The notes beneath the pieces are model-generated. The model was given only the letters and a program-made list of their open reading frames with translations. It did not search any database and was not told the DNA's origin. DNA of 64,000 nucleotides from Daphnia carinata (taxonomy: Eukaryota). Every line of letters starts with the position of its first letter. The first letter of the stretch is position 1. A program made the translations under genes and the position numbers. This document shows positions 13,801 to 28,274 of this stretch, piece by piece. The stretch lies in assembly GCF_022539665.2 (NCBI RefSeq), contig NC_081332.1, positions 5,394,001-5,458,000 of the forward strand. The letters are read 5' to 3'.

Positions 13801-16800
13801 TTGCCCTTCCCACCCTGAAGCCTTGTTCAGTAGGCATAGCGCACAGAAAAGAACTTCGTTAACCCTCCATTCCCCCCCCCCCCCACATCCTCGTGAACGA
13901 GATGCTGACGTCATCGCAGCTCGAAGAAAATGGGTCAGCATTATCTTTTGAACTGTAAAATAATAAGATGAGACAGGAGGGACGTAAACAAATGCGCTAA
14001 TGTTTAACTGTCGTATGGAGAATATGTTTGATGGACGTTGGGGAGGGGGGAGGGGTTTGTTTGTTGAACGCGTTGACACGTAGATGGCGATAATCGTCGT
14101 CGCAATGAAACGAAATGCGATTTTGAAATAAACAAAAACGGAAGTAAATGGGATGTATGAATTTATAAACGTTATGTGTGTACATCCCCGAATGGCTTTG
14201 CGCTATTTCACGCCGAACATGTTTTTAGAGCGGGCAGATCTCTCTTGCCATATGTGTAACACACTTGTTCGAGACATACCCACCGCCGAGTAAAGTATAG
14301 ATAAAAAAGGGGGGAAGAGTTCCACATCCGTTTTTCAAACGTTCACGCCAACTTAAAAAGAAAATGTTGTGTGGATAATGTTAAAAACTGAACCACACAC
14401 ACACACACACACAAAAAAAGAATAACGGCTGGACAGAGAGTGGGTGGTAAATGCGTTGCAATAAAAGTATACGTGATAGCTATTGCCACCCTCCCGCACC
14501 ATTTTCTTTTTAAAATTGTTGTTTTTTTTTTCTTCTTCCAAACTTGAACGTAGAGACACACACACGCAGAGGGGCTTATTATGTAAACACCTGTCTTTTT
14601 ATAACGCGCGTGTGCACAGAGGGTTGATAATGACAAGAGCACTTGCATTTTTATTTTTAAACGTCGCTCTGTTCTAAATGGCTATTTCGTTCTATCGCGT
14701 TTTTTAAAAAATGGCAACAATGTAAAAAAAAATAAAAAAAAAAAAACAACAAAAAAAATTTATTTCGTGAAAGAGATAGACATGGCGGCGTTTGGTTGTC
14801 TTTTCCAATCTCTTTTGAGATGAGTAGTGATAGCGATGCCGTTGTCGGTCCGCTGCTGGCCCGTCCCGCTTTCGTTTCACTCGACTTGACTTTTCCGAGC
14901 GACGAGTAACGTGAGTTTCTTTTTCTTTTCTTTCTTTTTTTTTTGTGCTGTACACACACACACACACACACACATACACACTGACTTGCCGCTGCTGTGT
15001 ATGCCTGCCTGCTCATCTATCTTTAGATGGATGTTAAGCCCGACTTAGCTTTTGTCATTTCCTCTCTCTTTTTTTTTTTTTTTTGTGCTGTGTGTGTGCG
15101 TGTGTGTGTGTGTGTGTGCGCTGTGTGTTCTTCCAAAAGTCGGAAGGCGGAACCAGTCGGCAAAAGAATGTAGAGAAGCTTGGCGGCAGGCGAATTACCA
15201 ACAAAAAAAAGGGGCAAACTTCTTCTGGTCTTTTAACTTTAAGAGACAGGATGACGAATGCGCACCCCCCCCCCTCCCCCAATCCACACGGTTATATAAG
15301 TCGAGATGAAACATCGAAAACGGACGGCGGTGACGCATCTTTATTATGTTTTTTTTTTTTCTGACATAACTTTAAATTTTTTTTTTTTATTTAGGGGGGA
15401 TTTATTTTATTTATTTTATTTATTTATATTTTTTTTTTTTCAAATCTGAGTGTTCCAGTTGACATTTCAGCTACCCGAGGGAAATCAAAAAAGTTTCATT
15501 CCGAATTTCCGTTTTGTTCTTACTTTGGGTTCGTGTGAATCAGTGCGGAAGAAATCATTTTTTTTTTTTTTTTTTTCGAAGGTTTTCATATGTCCGCATC
15601 ATATGTAGCGTTTAGTTCCAGACGTGCTGCACTGGCAACTCTTGCCTCCTTTTTTTTTTTTTTGAACAAAACAAAACAAAAACAAATTCTTACTGAATTT
15701 CGTATTTAAAAAAAAAAAATGTGCGCTTTCGTTTTTTCGTTAGAGACCGGCGTCGCATCGGAATGTTCCTCATGTGATTACACACACATTTTTGTGTGTG
15801 CGTTTGACGCCCAATTCCAGCAACTATATAAGCGCAGGAATTCAGTTTTGCCCCCGACCTACATAACTCTCTTATTTCTTCCGCCAGTTTTCTTTATTAC
15901 GATTATCATTTTTATTTTTAATTCCATCGCGTGTGGTGGTATACTCAATCCCCCCGTCCCCCCCCCCCTTTTTGTTTTTACATTGCGAAAATGGGAAGAT
16001 TGAGAAAGGGACTTGGGCCAAAGCCAATCACGAAGCTTCAGATTTTTTTTTTTTTTTTTCTTGTTCAATCTCGATCTTTTTCACTTGTTCAATTGCAATT
16101 TTTGGTTTTTTTTTTCTTTCTTTTGGACGATGATGTTGTCCAACTTTCGCCTTACCCCACTTACCTCCTCCTCTTTCCTGTGTCTTCTGTGATGAAGGCC
16201 AACGACCGAACGTACCCACCCAACACATTTTTTGTTGTTGTGTTTGGTTTTTTTTGGCAATCGTTCAACTATGAATGTCACGATTGCAACCGGGGCTCTT
16301 AGATAGCGGATGCATCCGCGCTATTGTACGATGTTGTTGTTCTCTATCCTACCCCGCCTCCTTTTTTTTTTTTTTCCCCCTTTTTGAGAACTCGTGTCAA
16401 GGCCTCTGAGGTCTTGTATCGGCCATATGCGTTCGGCTGGAGAGAGGGGCGGAAAAGAAAAAGAGAAGGGGGGGGGGGAGACTGGAACAGATGCTGTCGG
16501 GAACTGATCGATTTGGCTGGATCGTATGACACACACACACATACAGAAAAAAGAAGGAACGTTCACTGGAGAAGATCGCAATGAGGAAGTAAAGGGGGGG
16601 GGGGGGAGAAAACTGCTGACATGACACGAAAAAACTGGAACGATATATAAGATTTCATGTGTTTTTTTTTTTTTGTTTTGTTTTCTTTCAATATCCTGGC
16701 CGGCCTTTTTTCCTCTTCGGTCCGTTCGTGTCGTTGACGGAGTTGTTCTTGATTCCCTTACATATATTTTTTACTTGTACAATCTGGAACTTGGCGATTC

Positions 16801-19800
16801 CCTTTTTCTGGGAATTGCGTCTGAGTTGTTACCTCCTCCCCCACCACTACACAATGTGTGGGAATAATAATAAAAAAAAAAAAAAAACCGGACAAGAAAG
16901 CGGAACAAACACACAAGTACGGAGGGGGGGGGGGGGGGGGGGAGAGAGGAAATGATGAATTCTCCAGGGCTGGAACTGACATCGTCAGCGAATAGACGGA
17001 ACAAGCTTTTGTCTCAACCTCTTGCTTTAGTTTCTTGTGTTTTGTGTTGTGCTCCATGATGGAATGGACCTTTTTTTTTTCTTCTTTTATTCCCGGTATC
17101 ACTGTCTCTTCCATCTTATTATTCTTTATCACAAAGAGAAAATCACATCGCAGAGAATCAGAAAAAAAAAAAAGAAGAAGAAGAAATTGGATCGTGTAAG
17201 AAGGAGGGGTAGGGAAGGGAGACAAACTAATCAGGTGCGTATGTCTGATCGATGATGTCTAAAAAAGAAATTTGTAGATGGTACAGTGGGCACACGTTAG
17301 TAACACGTAACTCTCGGAATGAAAGCCAAAAAAGAGATTGGGGCTTCCGTATGTTGGTCATTGTAGATGTGCTGACCCGTCTCATCTCCGGGATCATTCT
17401 CGGCCTTTTTTTTTTTTTTTTTTTTTTTTTTATATCCGGGAGGTTGGGGTTTCGAAAGGAAACGTCAGTTTTTGGAACAACATTTTTCTACATTGAAATA
17501 AGAAAATGGAATTTAACTTGATTGAAAAGTTTATCTCGTGTGGAAAACGTTCGTGAAGAAGCTTGGTTATTTGTCCATTAAAATGAAGCCAACTGGAACA
17601 CAGCACATCGTGTGGAGAACGGCAGTTACACTCTTGCCATTATCGTTAACGATTAGTCGTAATGTTAAAAGAATAGAAATAAATTTCAGCATTTTTTTTT
17701 TTGTTTTTTTTTTGCCCTATTTCCCCTGTGATGGTGGACGTCTTGGGTGTTCCATGCGCTTGCTAATAATCGAAAATCCCTGGTAGGAATTCGAATGTTG
17801 GACGAGTTAATGCCACCGATGCATATCAACTCTTCCTCCCTGCCCCCCCCCCCACACCCCCCTCCAAAAAACTTTTTCAATAGGCTAATTGACAGGAGCT
17901 ATGGGAACTTGTAGTGACAAGTTGAATCGATATCTTCGCTGCCTGTGTGAAAGCAGGGCGTGGCTTTTCTTTTATAAATACACGACGACGAACGCACACA
18001 CATACAAATTTTAAAACGGCCAGAGAGAGACCGAGAAACACGAAGTCTCAAACTCTGGAACTGTTGAGAGAGTCGACAACGAAAGGGGGGGGGGGGGAGA
18101 ACCGCAGTCTTTTGTCTGTAAAAAAAAAAAGAAAGAGTTCAGATATAAATAGAAATCGGGGCACCCAAACGGAGAAAAGAGACAAAAGAAGATTTCGGGC
18201 AGTCGTTCCAGCTGTCGCTTTATCCACCGCTGTACGATTTCATGTTTGGCTTTTTTTTTTTTCTTCTTCGAAATCGGTTTCCTTTTTTTTTTTTTTTTTC
18301 TCCTTCTTTATTTAACATATGCAAATTAATTCAAATAACTTGTTTGTTTTTTTGTTTTTTTTGTGGGGAGTTCGTTTTGGAACAGTTTTCGACGTCTGTT
18401 GTCTTTTATGGAGAGGCTGGTCGTGACTCGCACGCGATCTCTGTGTGTTGAATGGATGAACAGCTGGAGTGACAAGCGTGTCAAAGCTGTTGTCTGATGA
18501 CTGAAAGAGAAAGACGGGGCCAAAACTTCCGAAGAAAAAAAGAAAACACAAGTTTTCGTGGCTCCCCTTCATTTGTTTTGACTTTCGCCGAGTCGAAGCC
18601 GTCTCAACCTCTCCCCCTCCCCCCCCTTTGAATCTATCCCCTTGTCTTTAAAGCCCCTCCCTGACAACGGGCTCAGCCTCTTTCTAAACCTGACTGTGAT
18701 TGAACGTGATTGCTGTTAGGCTTGCGGGAAAGACGAGCATCATCTCGCAATCGCGTTGAATTCTTTCGTAAATGTGGTGTGTGTGGGGGGGGGGGATTGG
18801 CGCGACTGTGTAAACCGATGCGAGCTAAAAATAAAACTCGCATTTATTATTTTATTTTAAAAAAGGGGGTGACGTCTTAATAGGCCAGTCATACCCCTAC
18901 TCCTTGCTTGACATGCTTTTGTTTGTTTTCTTTTATGTCTCCGTTTCAAGAACAACAAGACGAAAAAAAGAAAAAATTGAAGGTTTGAAGGGGCTCCTTT
19001 TTTAAAAATGAAACTCGAGGATGGTGACGTTATGTAGATTTTTTTTTTTTTTTTACTATTCCAACGTACCCATATGACCCTACGGCCTCTCATTATGCCA
19101 TCCGTCTCGAAACTCTTTGTTACGTAACGCGACAACTGAAATAAATAAGGGACTTTACCGAAGGCCTACGAGTCTAAATTTATAGCATTTGTTTGTTTGT
19201 TTGTTTTTTTAAACTAAAAATATGAATTAAAAATTGATTAAAGTTTTTTTTTTTTTTTTATTGATTGTGGTGAAATTCAGTGTCGGACCGCAGCTGCTCT
19301 ACCCATCGCCGTACGCTGTGACGCCGCCCGGTTTGATGCAACTCCATCCGCAGTCTCACCATCAAGGGGGAGCCGGCGGACTGAACTCGGCCGCGGCTTC
19401 TGCCGCCGTCGCAGCCGCCGTCGCCTCCGGATTCTACGACTACCCGACAGCGGCCTACGCGGCCAGCCAATTCGCTAACGGAGCATTCGACGCATCTTTC
19501 CCCTTCGGTAGCGCAGCCGCCGCCGCCGCTGCTGCCGGTAAGAAATTATATATTTTTTTTTTTGTTAATTCATTTTTTTTTTTTTTACGTGCGTTAAAAA
19601 ATTCCGCCAGACGGGGCCATTTAGAAATAGAAAAAAAAAAAAAAAAAATTATTTGTCTATTTCTAGCGCATTGATAATATCGTTCATTTTTGTTGTTGTG
19701 TGTTTTGAAAGGCAAAGGTTATCGATGAGCGTCCGGTTGAAAGTAAAGAAACATTTCCATCGATGCGGAAGCGAAGGGAATATGAAGATTGATTTCGATG

Positions 19801-20862
19801 TGGTCGACACCCGTGGCTGAGGTTCTTTTGCTTATCAAAGTTCCATGGCGCATAGCGGACGCGCTGTCATAAATATAGATACGCTAACTATAGCGGCCCG
19901 TGGGCCATGTACACTTTACAATAGAGAGGGGCATAACACACGGGCCATATTTAGGGAGCAATAGTTTTTTGTATCAAGGCAGTGCATAACTCAAAGAACA
20001 CAGTTCTTTAAACTAAAGAAGGTGGGGTTGGGTAGGGGAGGTGTGAGATATTTTCTAATGAATAGGAAAATGAATATATCTGTCGAAATAAATCAAAAGC
20101 TACGCGTGTAGAACGTTCGGAACCGTATAGAACATCACACGGAACAGCGCGCGGGAGCACACAACTCAAGTGATTTATAATATATCGCATGGACTAATTC
20201 TTTTATTTTGCCGGAGAAAATTTATGTTGCGGCTTTTCGATGTGCATAAATTATTTTTTTCCTCCTCACCGTGAATAGTAAATGAACAGGGGGGCCGTTC
20301 TCGGCACAGGAATTATTATTATTTTTTTTTTTTTTTACTCGTTCGGGTTTGTATATTGGGAATGTTTTCGAAACTGTCTGTGCCCCCCCAAATCATCCCG
20401 TCGTCTCCACAAACTGGAACGATCATTTTTCGCACGTAAAGGTCAGTTTCCAAACAATATGCGTCGGAATTATTTTTGTTTTATTAGGGACGGGTACGTT
20501 TGAGAAAAAGATCTATATTTAAAACGCGATGATTGATGACATAATGCATTGCCTTTTTTTTATTTATTTTCTTCTTTGTTTAAAAGCTACTAATAATGTC
20601 GTTGGTTAAAGGAATGCTGATGGGTTGAAGATATTTTTGATTTTTTCTTTTTTGTTTTTCTATGTCTGTGTGATGTTGGGATATCTTATAAACGATGTGT
20701 TGTATAGGAGCAGCCAATTATGGGTTGGGACCGGCTTTCACCTACGCCTCGCTGCCGCCAGCGCTTCAGAACGCGGCCGCCGCTGCCGCCGCTTCCACCG
20801 GCTTGCCTCTATCGCACTACGCCGCCGCTCAGAGCCAGCTGCAGGAAGCTCGGATGCAATAA
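10845..20862 (+). CDS. RBM24: RRM RNA-binding protein of the RBM24/RBM38 (SUP-12) family; exons 10845-11072, 11919-12045, 12753-12819, 19281-19537, 20708-20862 (start uncertain, possibly 10720)
   Basis: [23 protein letters not shown]...[56 protein letters not shown] is the family RRM; Ala/Tyr-rich tail ends QLQEARMQ*, like the family RMQ terminus; all junctions GT-AG and in phase. Confidence 0.92.
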
Positions 20863-21184
20863 AAATTATGTTTTTTTTTTTTTTGTTTTTTTTTTAAGGA
20901 ATAATTCTTTTGCATCACCAGCATTTTTTGGGGGGACAACAAAAACACACGTGTCAATTTTTATTATTATTATTATTTTTTTTAATTAAACATACAGCGA
21001 AATAGAGTTAGGCCTACTAGGAGAGTTGGCCATCCCGATACGATGGTCCCTCCACCCACTACCCCACCCAGTACGGAGCGATCTTTTTTCTACGAATGTT
21101 TTAGGAATAGAGAAAACGTGTCTTTTTTTTTTTTTTTTTTTTTTGTTTTTTTTACTTTCGAGAAGAGCAAACGTGGGTGGTGTT

Positions 21185-21215
<31 letters not shown>

Positions 21216-24200
21216 GATTAATGGATTATTTCTTTATATAAAAAGTTAACCGGTTGAAGGCGACCAACAACACTTTGATTGCTGAAGTCGAATCAAGTGA
21301 TTCTTTTTTACGAAGATGCACTCTCCCTTTCTCTTTCTTTCTCTACTCTGCCCGTTAAATTTGAATGATGAAAACGACCGTCTTTTTAAAAAATTTTTGT
21401 TTTAACATAATGAAATCGCGCCATGTTTAGAAATCATCTCCTTTTTTTGATTTTGATTCCTCCCGAAAAAAAACAAAAAACAAAAACAAAATCCCTTTCA
21501 TTTCTTTCTTGGCCCATCCGCTTTTCAAATGAAACGCAAAAACAAGAAACGGACGGCAAGTGTGAAGATGACACACAGTACGCGGCTGGTTCGATGCAAA
21601 ATAACATCTTCACTTCATCTATGCCACCCCATCCCCCCACCCCTCCGCCCCACCGTGAAAACCTACCCAACTATTTCGACGTAGAAAATGATTTGAATGT
21701 TTCTCGTACACACCGCGCGAAGTTCAAACGAAAAAAAAAAAATCCCTGAAGCGAAAAAAAAAAAAGAAACATTCAAAAAATGTTGAAAAAAACAAAACAA
21801 AACAAAACAAAATCGAACGTATCGTCTGGTTCTTGTGTTGCGATTATATCGATTGGTGGTATATTTCGTGTCAAAAAAAAAAAAAATTCTATTTCTTTTT
21901 TTTTTTTTTTTTTTCCCTCAAACTGTACGAGAAAGTCAGTCACGCGAGTCGTGAAACAAATGCTGGCCAATAAGAGTCTCGTACAGTTTAAGAAGAAAAA
22001 AAAAAAAAAAATTAAAATAAAATTATGTTGTGTGTGTGTGTGCGTTCTCGTTGTACTAGTCGAAATGAGAAGCAAAAATGCGGACGATGTTTGTTGCCGG
22101 GGATGAGACAAAAAAAAATAATTATCCCCGGATTTTTAAAAGCTAAGTGTATTACGTGTTATATTCTATATGTATCATCCAGTGCCTTTTTTTGTTTCCT
22201 CACCACCACCCCCTTTTTTTTTTTCTTTTAATCAGCCCAAACATTTTTGAATTTTTTTTTTTTTTTAAATTTTATTTTCAGTTTCAGTTCTCATTGTCTC
22301 GTTGCGTTGCGCTCCCCCTTTTTTTTTCCTCCCCGTCGTCCCGCTTCTTATTTTTCCCGATCTTTTCGTTTTGACTTTTGTCATTGACGCTTTCCCACCG
22401 CGATCGGTATGAGGAAAAAGTCCCCCCCCCCCAAGCCATCCCGAGTGACAAAAAGAAAAGAATCCACTGAATCAAGCGTTCCTGACGTCATATCGATCTA
22501 TGTCATTCGGGTTATGCCAACAAAAATAGATAAAAAAAAACTTAGAATTTCCCTTCTTTTTCTTTTTTTTTTTTTTTTTTTTTCGGGAAGGGGAGGGGGG
22601 GGTTTGAAAACGTGCGGTGGGGACGAGTGAAACGAGTTTCTACATACCTCTGCCTCATTCTCTTTCGTTCTATAGCCAGTTTCAGAAAAAAAAAAAAAAG
22701 AGAAAGAAAGGCCAAACAACAATTTTTTTTTTTGTTTGTTTGTTTAATAATGTGCCTGCATAGTTTTTTACTATTTGAAAACGGCCAACGGAATATGTCG
22801 GGACAGAGTCGACCTTCGTGAAAATGGTTCGTGCAGGAGGCATCACTCTCTGCTGAAACGTCACACTCCCATGTTTATATGCACGATCCCCTCCCTCCCC
22901 CTCCCCCCTCCTCTTTTTTTTTTTTTTTTTTTCTTCTTTCTCGTTCAATGACGTTGCAATCGTTTCCTTTGGTTGCGGCATCTCGCCGACTGTACGCAGT
23001 GGTGTACGTCTATCGCGTGTTGGCGTGTCTTAACTGAATATCGACCGCGTGCCAACAAACGCCGAGTTGCCAACGAACTCGAGGCTCCCCCTGCCCCGCT
23101 CACCCCACTTGTGTTTCATTTCTCAGCTGCCAATCGAAGCTGACGTGCCAGAATCGAGTGAAACAAAAGAATGAATTGGGGAACGCAGAGCAGAGAAGAG
23201 GTTAATGTACAAGACATGCTCGTTGTGTAGGGCTAACGCGAGCGAAAAGAAGCAAGGGGGCAGGGGAACTCTAATTAAAGGTGTTAAAGAATATGCGGTC
23301 ACTTGTATTGTGGTCGTCATTTAGGTAATGGAAATGAAGGAAACAAGTTTTCTGCTACATGTTACATTGAATTAAAAATTATTTTTTTAAGTTTTCTTTG
23401 TTTGAATGGGGGGAGAAAAGAAGAAGGGTGGGGTTAGCTTCGTGACAAAACCAAAAAAAAAAAAAAACAGAAAAGGGAAAATTTAATTTTTAGTTACCTG
23501 TCGGCTGATTGAAATCTAGTCTCTTATTTCAGTTGTTTCTGTTGCCCCCTAGTCTCAGCTTAACAATTTTGAAAAAAAAAAGGAAAAGAATCAACGAGAA
23601 TTATTTCAATATGCTGCACAAGTTTTTTGATCCCCTCTTTTTATCCAGTTCTTAATATTTGAACATTTTTCATTTCTGGTCAGCGAAGAATTCAAGGAAT
23701 AAAAGAATAACAGGAATTTTTTTTTTTTTTTAATTAGCATTTTTAAAATAAAAGAAATTAATAATTAAGTAATAACAATGAAATGATTCAGTGTTCATGT
23801 GCTAGCTCAATTCATTGACGACGCGGCTCGGTGGATTTTCTTTTTGTCAGTCCTTGTTTTGTGTCAATTATTGTGCAACGTGAATCCTTTTTTTTTTTTT
23901 TTTTAATCATCGTCTTTATGTCCTGTTATTGTTGATGTCATCTAAAAAGGTTTAATGAAGGTGACGAAAAATGTAACGGCATCCCGTGTCATCTGCCCCG
24001 CCATCCATCCACCGACCTATACCCTCCCTTTAAAATTACCCTCCCTCTCCCAAACATCGTGTAATAAGCAAATAAAATTGAAAATGCGCGCGCGAAAAAA
24101 ATAGTTATATTTTTTTTAATTGAATTTCTTTGGATTTTGAAGAGGCGCGATAATGAGACGCAATTTTTTTTTTTTTTTTTTTTTGTAAAGATGAGTTTAA

Positions 24201-25007
24201 TGGCTTTCTAATTAGATGGTATTAGAACCTATTGACCTGTAGAAAGTCAGACTCACTGTGCGTAGCCATTGCGGCCAGATGAGTTTCGACCAACCGTAAC
24301 CGGATGAATAATTACCACGCTAGCTGGAACGCTTCGGAACTTTACTGCCATCTGGTGTGCCTTTGGTTAAATGTTCAATTTATCCCGAATTGAATTTTTT
24401 TTTTTTTTTTTTTTTTTTTTTACATAATACTTCAAAGAGATCTAAAACCTTGTATTGTCAACGAGAATCTAAACGCCGTGCCATTTGATCCGTGTGATTG
24501 ACGCTGCCAATATTTGCCCAGTAATCTGCTTGACGTTCCCATCACCGATGCTGCATACACATTGACGTCATGTTATAGGCTGAGATAGGCGTGAGAGGCC
24601 CGGGAGATGGACGTGTTGTTGTTCCTTCATGACGGGCTAACGATTAAAGCTACGGTTTGTTGTTTGCTGAAGAAATGCACCTAAATAACCTGGGCGTGTA
24701 GGTCCTCTCTCTGTTTTTATGGCGGAAGGGTTTTTAACATCAGATAAAAAAGGAAGTGAAACAAAACGTGGAAATGTTCAACTCGCACAACCCCGGCCTG
24801 CAGTGCAATAAACTGTTACAAGCACGATCCTTATCAATCTACGAATGCAATTGCTTGTTCATAAATCGATTCAATTATTGCTTGGAAAGAAGATCTACAT
24901 TAGGGGATAAATGGCGGTTCAAACAGTACGAAATTTGGAATTTTAAACATAAAGGTTTACCAGGATATAGGGATCCACTCACAATATAATATTTTGTACA
25001 ACATGCA

Positions 25008-25080
25008 GCTTCTGTGGCCTAATGGATAAGGCACCGGCCTCCTAAGCCGGGGATTGCGGGTTCGAGTCCCGCCAGAGGTA
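25008..25080 (+). tRNA. tRNA-Arg (anticodon CCT)
   Basis: Acceptor GCTTCTG/CAGAGGT, anticodon arm CCGGC-CTCCTAA-GCCGG, T-arm GCGGG-TTCGAGT-CCCGC. Confidence 0.95.
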
Positions 25081-25201
25081 AGACAAATCATATCGTTTAT
25101 GAATTTTGAAGTGTCAAATGGAATTAAGTACCTTGAAAAAATGATTGTTTGTTTAGCTTTCAAACCGATTATTAATAGCATTAGTTTCATCTTATATAAC
25201 A

Positions 25202-25317
25202 TCTCCAGTGGCGCAGTTGGTTAGCGCAAGGTACTTATAAGTCAGTAGCTGGTTGTGCTAACATGGATTTCAACGCGAGTAATGCCGAGGTCGCGAGTTC
25301 GAGCCTCGCCTGGAGAA
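25202..25317 (+). tRNA. tRNA-Ile (anticodon TAT) with intron at about 25240-25281
   Basis: Acceptor TCTCCAG/CTGGAGA, D-arm TGGCGCAGTTGGTTAGCGC, GGTACTTATA then a 42-nt insert then ATGCCGAGGTC...GTTCGAGCC; canonical 37/38 intron position of eukaryotic Ile-TAT. Confidence 0.9.
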
Positions 25318-26811
25318 TGAATTATTTTCGCCGTAACTATCCTGGTTTCATAATTGAGAATAGCTCTAAGTCACATAATTGTATAAATAGGTTGATAGAT
25401 CATCGTGTTATCCATTTCTTACGATTTCTTGGCAGTGAAGTTGTGCGATACTGCAAGCATTTCGCAGCCACTTGACCTTATCACTTTTTAGCACTTCATC
25501 CAACATTCAGAGCGATCCGGAAGAAAATGCAGACATACTTAAATACATGGCCCTGGGCTACGTTCCGCAACACCGAAAAAAAACCAGAAAAAAAAAAATT
25601 TATGGTGTAAGACGGGAATAGCTCATTGTTCAAAACATTGTCTCCGTTAGACCATTTTTTTTAACTCTTAAAAAAGAAAACGCTGGATTTCTCGGTACTC
25701 ACAACAATAGTTAAAAAAAACAAAATCGGCAACCGTGGAAAGCAAGAAAAGACAGACGTGGGCGTTCAGTTCATTCGGAACTGCGTTACGCCCCGATTCA
25801 TTTTTAACTCTGTGATTTTCTTACGTTCTAATGATAAATAGGACCGCCACGTGTGACTAATCGGCACAAAAATGGCTGAACAGACCGTCTCGTATATCAT
25901 TTGAAGGTTCCTCGATCCCCATTCTGTCGGCATTCTGGCTGTGTTCGATTTCTGTTCAGAGGACAAATCGGACATTTTTGGCATGTGAAAATAGCAGACA
26001 GATGGCAAAGATGTACTTTGCTGGTAACTGCTTCCTAATGATGTTTTGCCTCCTTCTGGTATATATCATAAGATTTCGTGGCTATTTCGTGAGTGTTCCG
26101 TCTCAAGGAGGTGGTCCGTTTTCAAAATGTGGTGTATGTTTGTAAATGTGAGGTGGGCAACATGGGAGTTAAAGAGGTCGTATAAAAGATATCAGTTGAT
26201 TTGCCACGTGTTGTCTTCGTAATACGTTTCGTTTACACATCGACGGCTTTGAGTTCAAATTTGATTGTAGTGTGTGTATTGACGTCAGATAGATAGGATG
26301 TTGACAAGTCAAACGTGTTTTTGCTACCCCATGCAGTATTAAGCTGGCATCATGGAATTGTACGACTTATATTATTTGTTTATTGAGATAAAACAAAAGG
26401 TCAACACGTGAAAATCCGGGAGTATCATTTTCCTAATCGAGAGGGCACGTGACACCTATAGCACGCGAGCATTATTCCTGACGTCATCGGATAGCTTGGG
26501 TAAATACACTTCTAAAGTTTTTTTTTATGCACACCGTTTAATTGAGCATAGGTCGTTAATGAAACGAAATATTCAAAAGGCCATATGAACAAGACTTTCC
26601 TCATGTTAAAGTTGCCCGAACTTGTGTGAACCAGATATCAGCTGTGGGAGCTCGTGTTACTGAATGTAACGCTAGCTGAGTGTCTGATAAACTCTTCAAA
26701 TATATATATAAGAAATTTAATACAGGTATTGCGTATATAAGGAAATAGAATTCCTAAAGTTATAAATAAGAAGAGCTGAACACAATCTGTAATTGACGAG
26801 CGAGAGAAACC

Positions 26812-28274
26812 ATGGGAACAGAACGCTACGCGCTCCTTTTACTTCTTGCTTCTGTCGTGTTTGCAGAGAGTTTCATCCAGGAAAATGGCAAATTGGACCG
26901 GTTCATAGATCCTTTCGTTCCAGGAGATTTACCCGTCAACCACACGGCTTACCGTCAAGCTCTTACTCTCTTTTTGGACACCAACATCGACGTCTACGCT
27001 CCAAACACTGCGGGGAACTTTCCAGTCCTCTATTTCGCCACTGGATTCGGAGGTATGATACTGTCCTTCAAGGCCGCTAATCAGGTCATAGTAATAGTGT
27101 GAATCTGAAACGGAAACAAGATGATTTATTTTTCAGCCATTGTCCCCGCTGAGGCGCACACTCTTCTTTTGTCTTCTATCGCCAGCCACGGAGTTGTTGT
27201 AGTCGCAGTTTGGAAACTTGGAAGTCCAGAGGATTCCTTCAATCCGGCATGGTTCGAAGCAACTGTAGATTTTGTGGAAAACAGATTGGAAAATAGCCTT
27301 CACAATCAGGAAGGTAAAAATCACGTTCATTACCATTAAAGAGTTTTTTTTGTAAATCTTTTTTTAAAATATATATATATCAATAAAATGCAATAGGTTA
27401 TGTTTCGGATTTTCACGTTGATTATCTTCATTCGTTCATCAGCGGCCATTCGGGTGGATCCCATGTCGCTGTGTCGCAATTGCAGGTATGTTTGAGAGAA
27501 ATCAAGTGGCATAAAGATTCTAATGAGTTCTGGATTCCATGGATGTTTCTCAGACAAACTGTTTGCATTACCAAGGCCTGATCTTGCTAGATGCTGTCGA
27601 CGGAAATAATCCCATCCCCGAAAATATAACAATGTACGTGATAACGCCCGGCCAAAAGGTCAATTTCACTATTCCCACTTTACAAATAGTAACAGGATTA
27701 GATCCAGTTATCGGTAATGGCGTTACACTAAAAACAATGAATGTTGAAGTCGAAATAATTTCAAAACACTTGATTTATGTTTAGGCCCTTATGGTTTAGC
27801 CTGTGCTCCGGAAGAACTCAGTGGCCGGCGATTTTTCGATGCCATGACTGGACCCACTTGGTATGTTAACGCAACGGCTTACGGTCATGCTGATCTGATG
27901 GATCCAATATACGTCGAGCTAAACGAGGTTATTTTGCCAACTCTCTTTCGTATTATTCTTTATCTATATAAAAAGGAAAAAATTTGATTAACTATTATTT
28001 TCGATGATAACAACAGGTTACCCAGTTTTGCCCGAGTGATCCTAACGTTCATAAGGAGGAATACATTCAATTTCTCGCCGGGGAAATCATTTCTTTCATG
28101 AACGGGGTGCTGGATCCTGTTGGCAACTGTGCGTTGTTTGATTACTTAGAGACAAGTGGACTTGTCAGCGTTAATACCGAAAACGATTACGTCTCGAACG
28201 GATGGGAACGGTGCACGCCACTCCACTGCATCCTGACTCCCAGCTCCTATTCTTTTTTCTCATCCTGGCCATAA
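26812..28274 (+). CDS. Secreted chlorophyllase-like alpha/beta hydrolase, copy 1 (6 exons)
   Basis: Signal peptide MGTERYALLLLLASVVFA; motifs IASHGVVVV, SGHSGG (nucleophile), LLDAVDG, CAP, YGHADLMD matching the chlorophyllase triad layout (GHSxG, DPVDG, YGHxDxxD). Confidence 0.82.

Noticed and set aside
1880..24900. Dozens of 60-190 aa ORFs rich in F/K runs or CV/HT repeats
   Set aside because: Products of poly-T/poly-A and (TG)n tracts in intergenic, intronic and UTR DNA; no domains or coherent splice structure.
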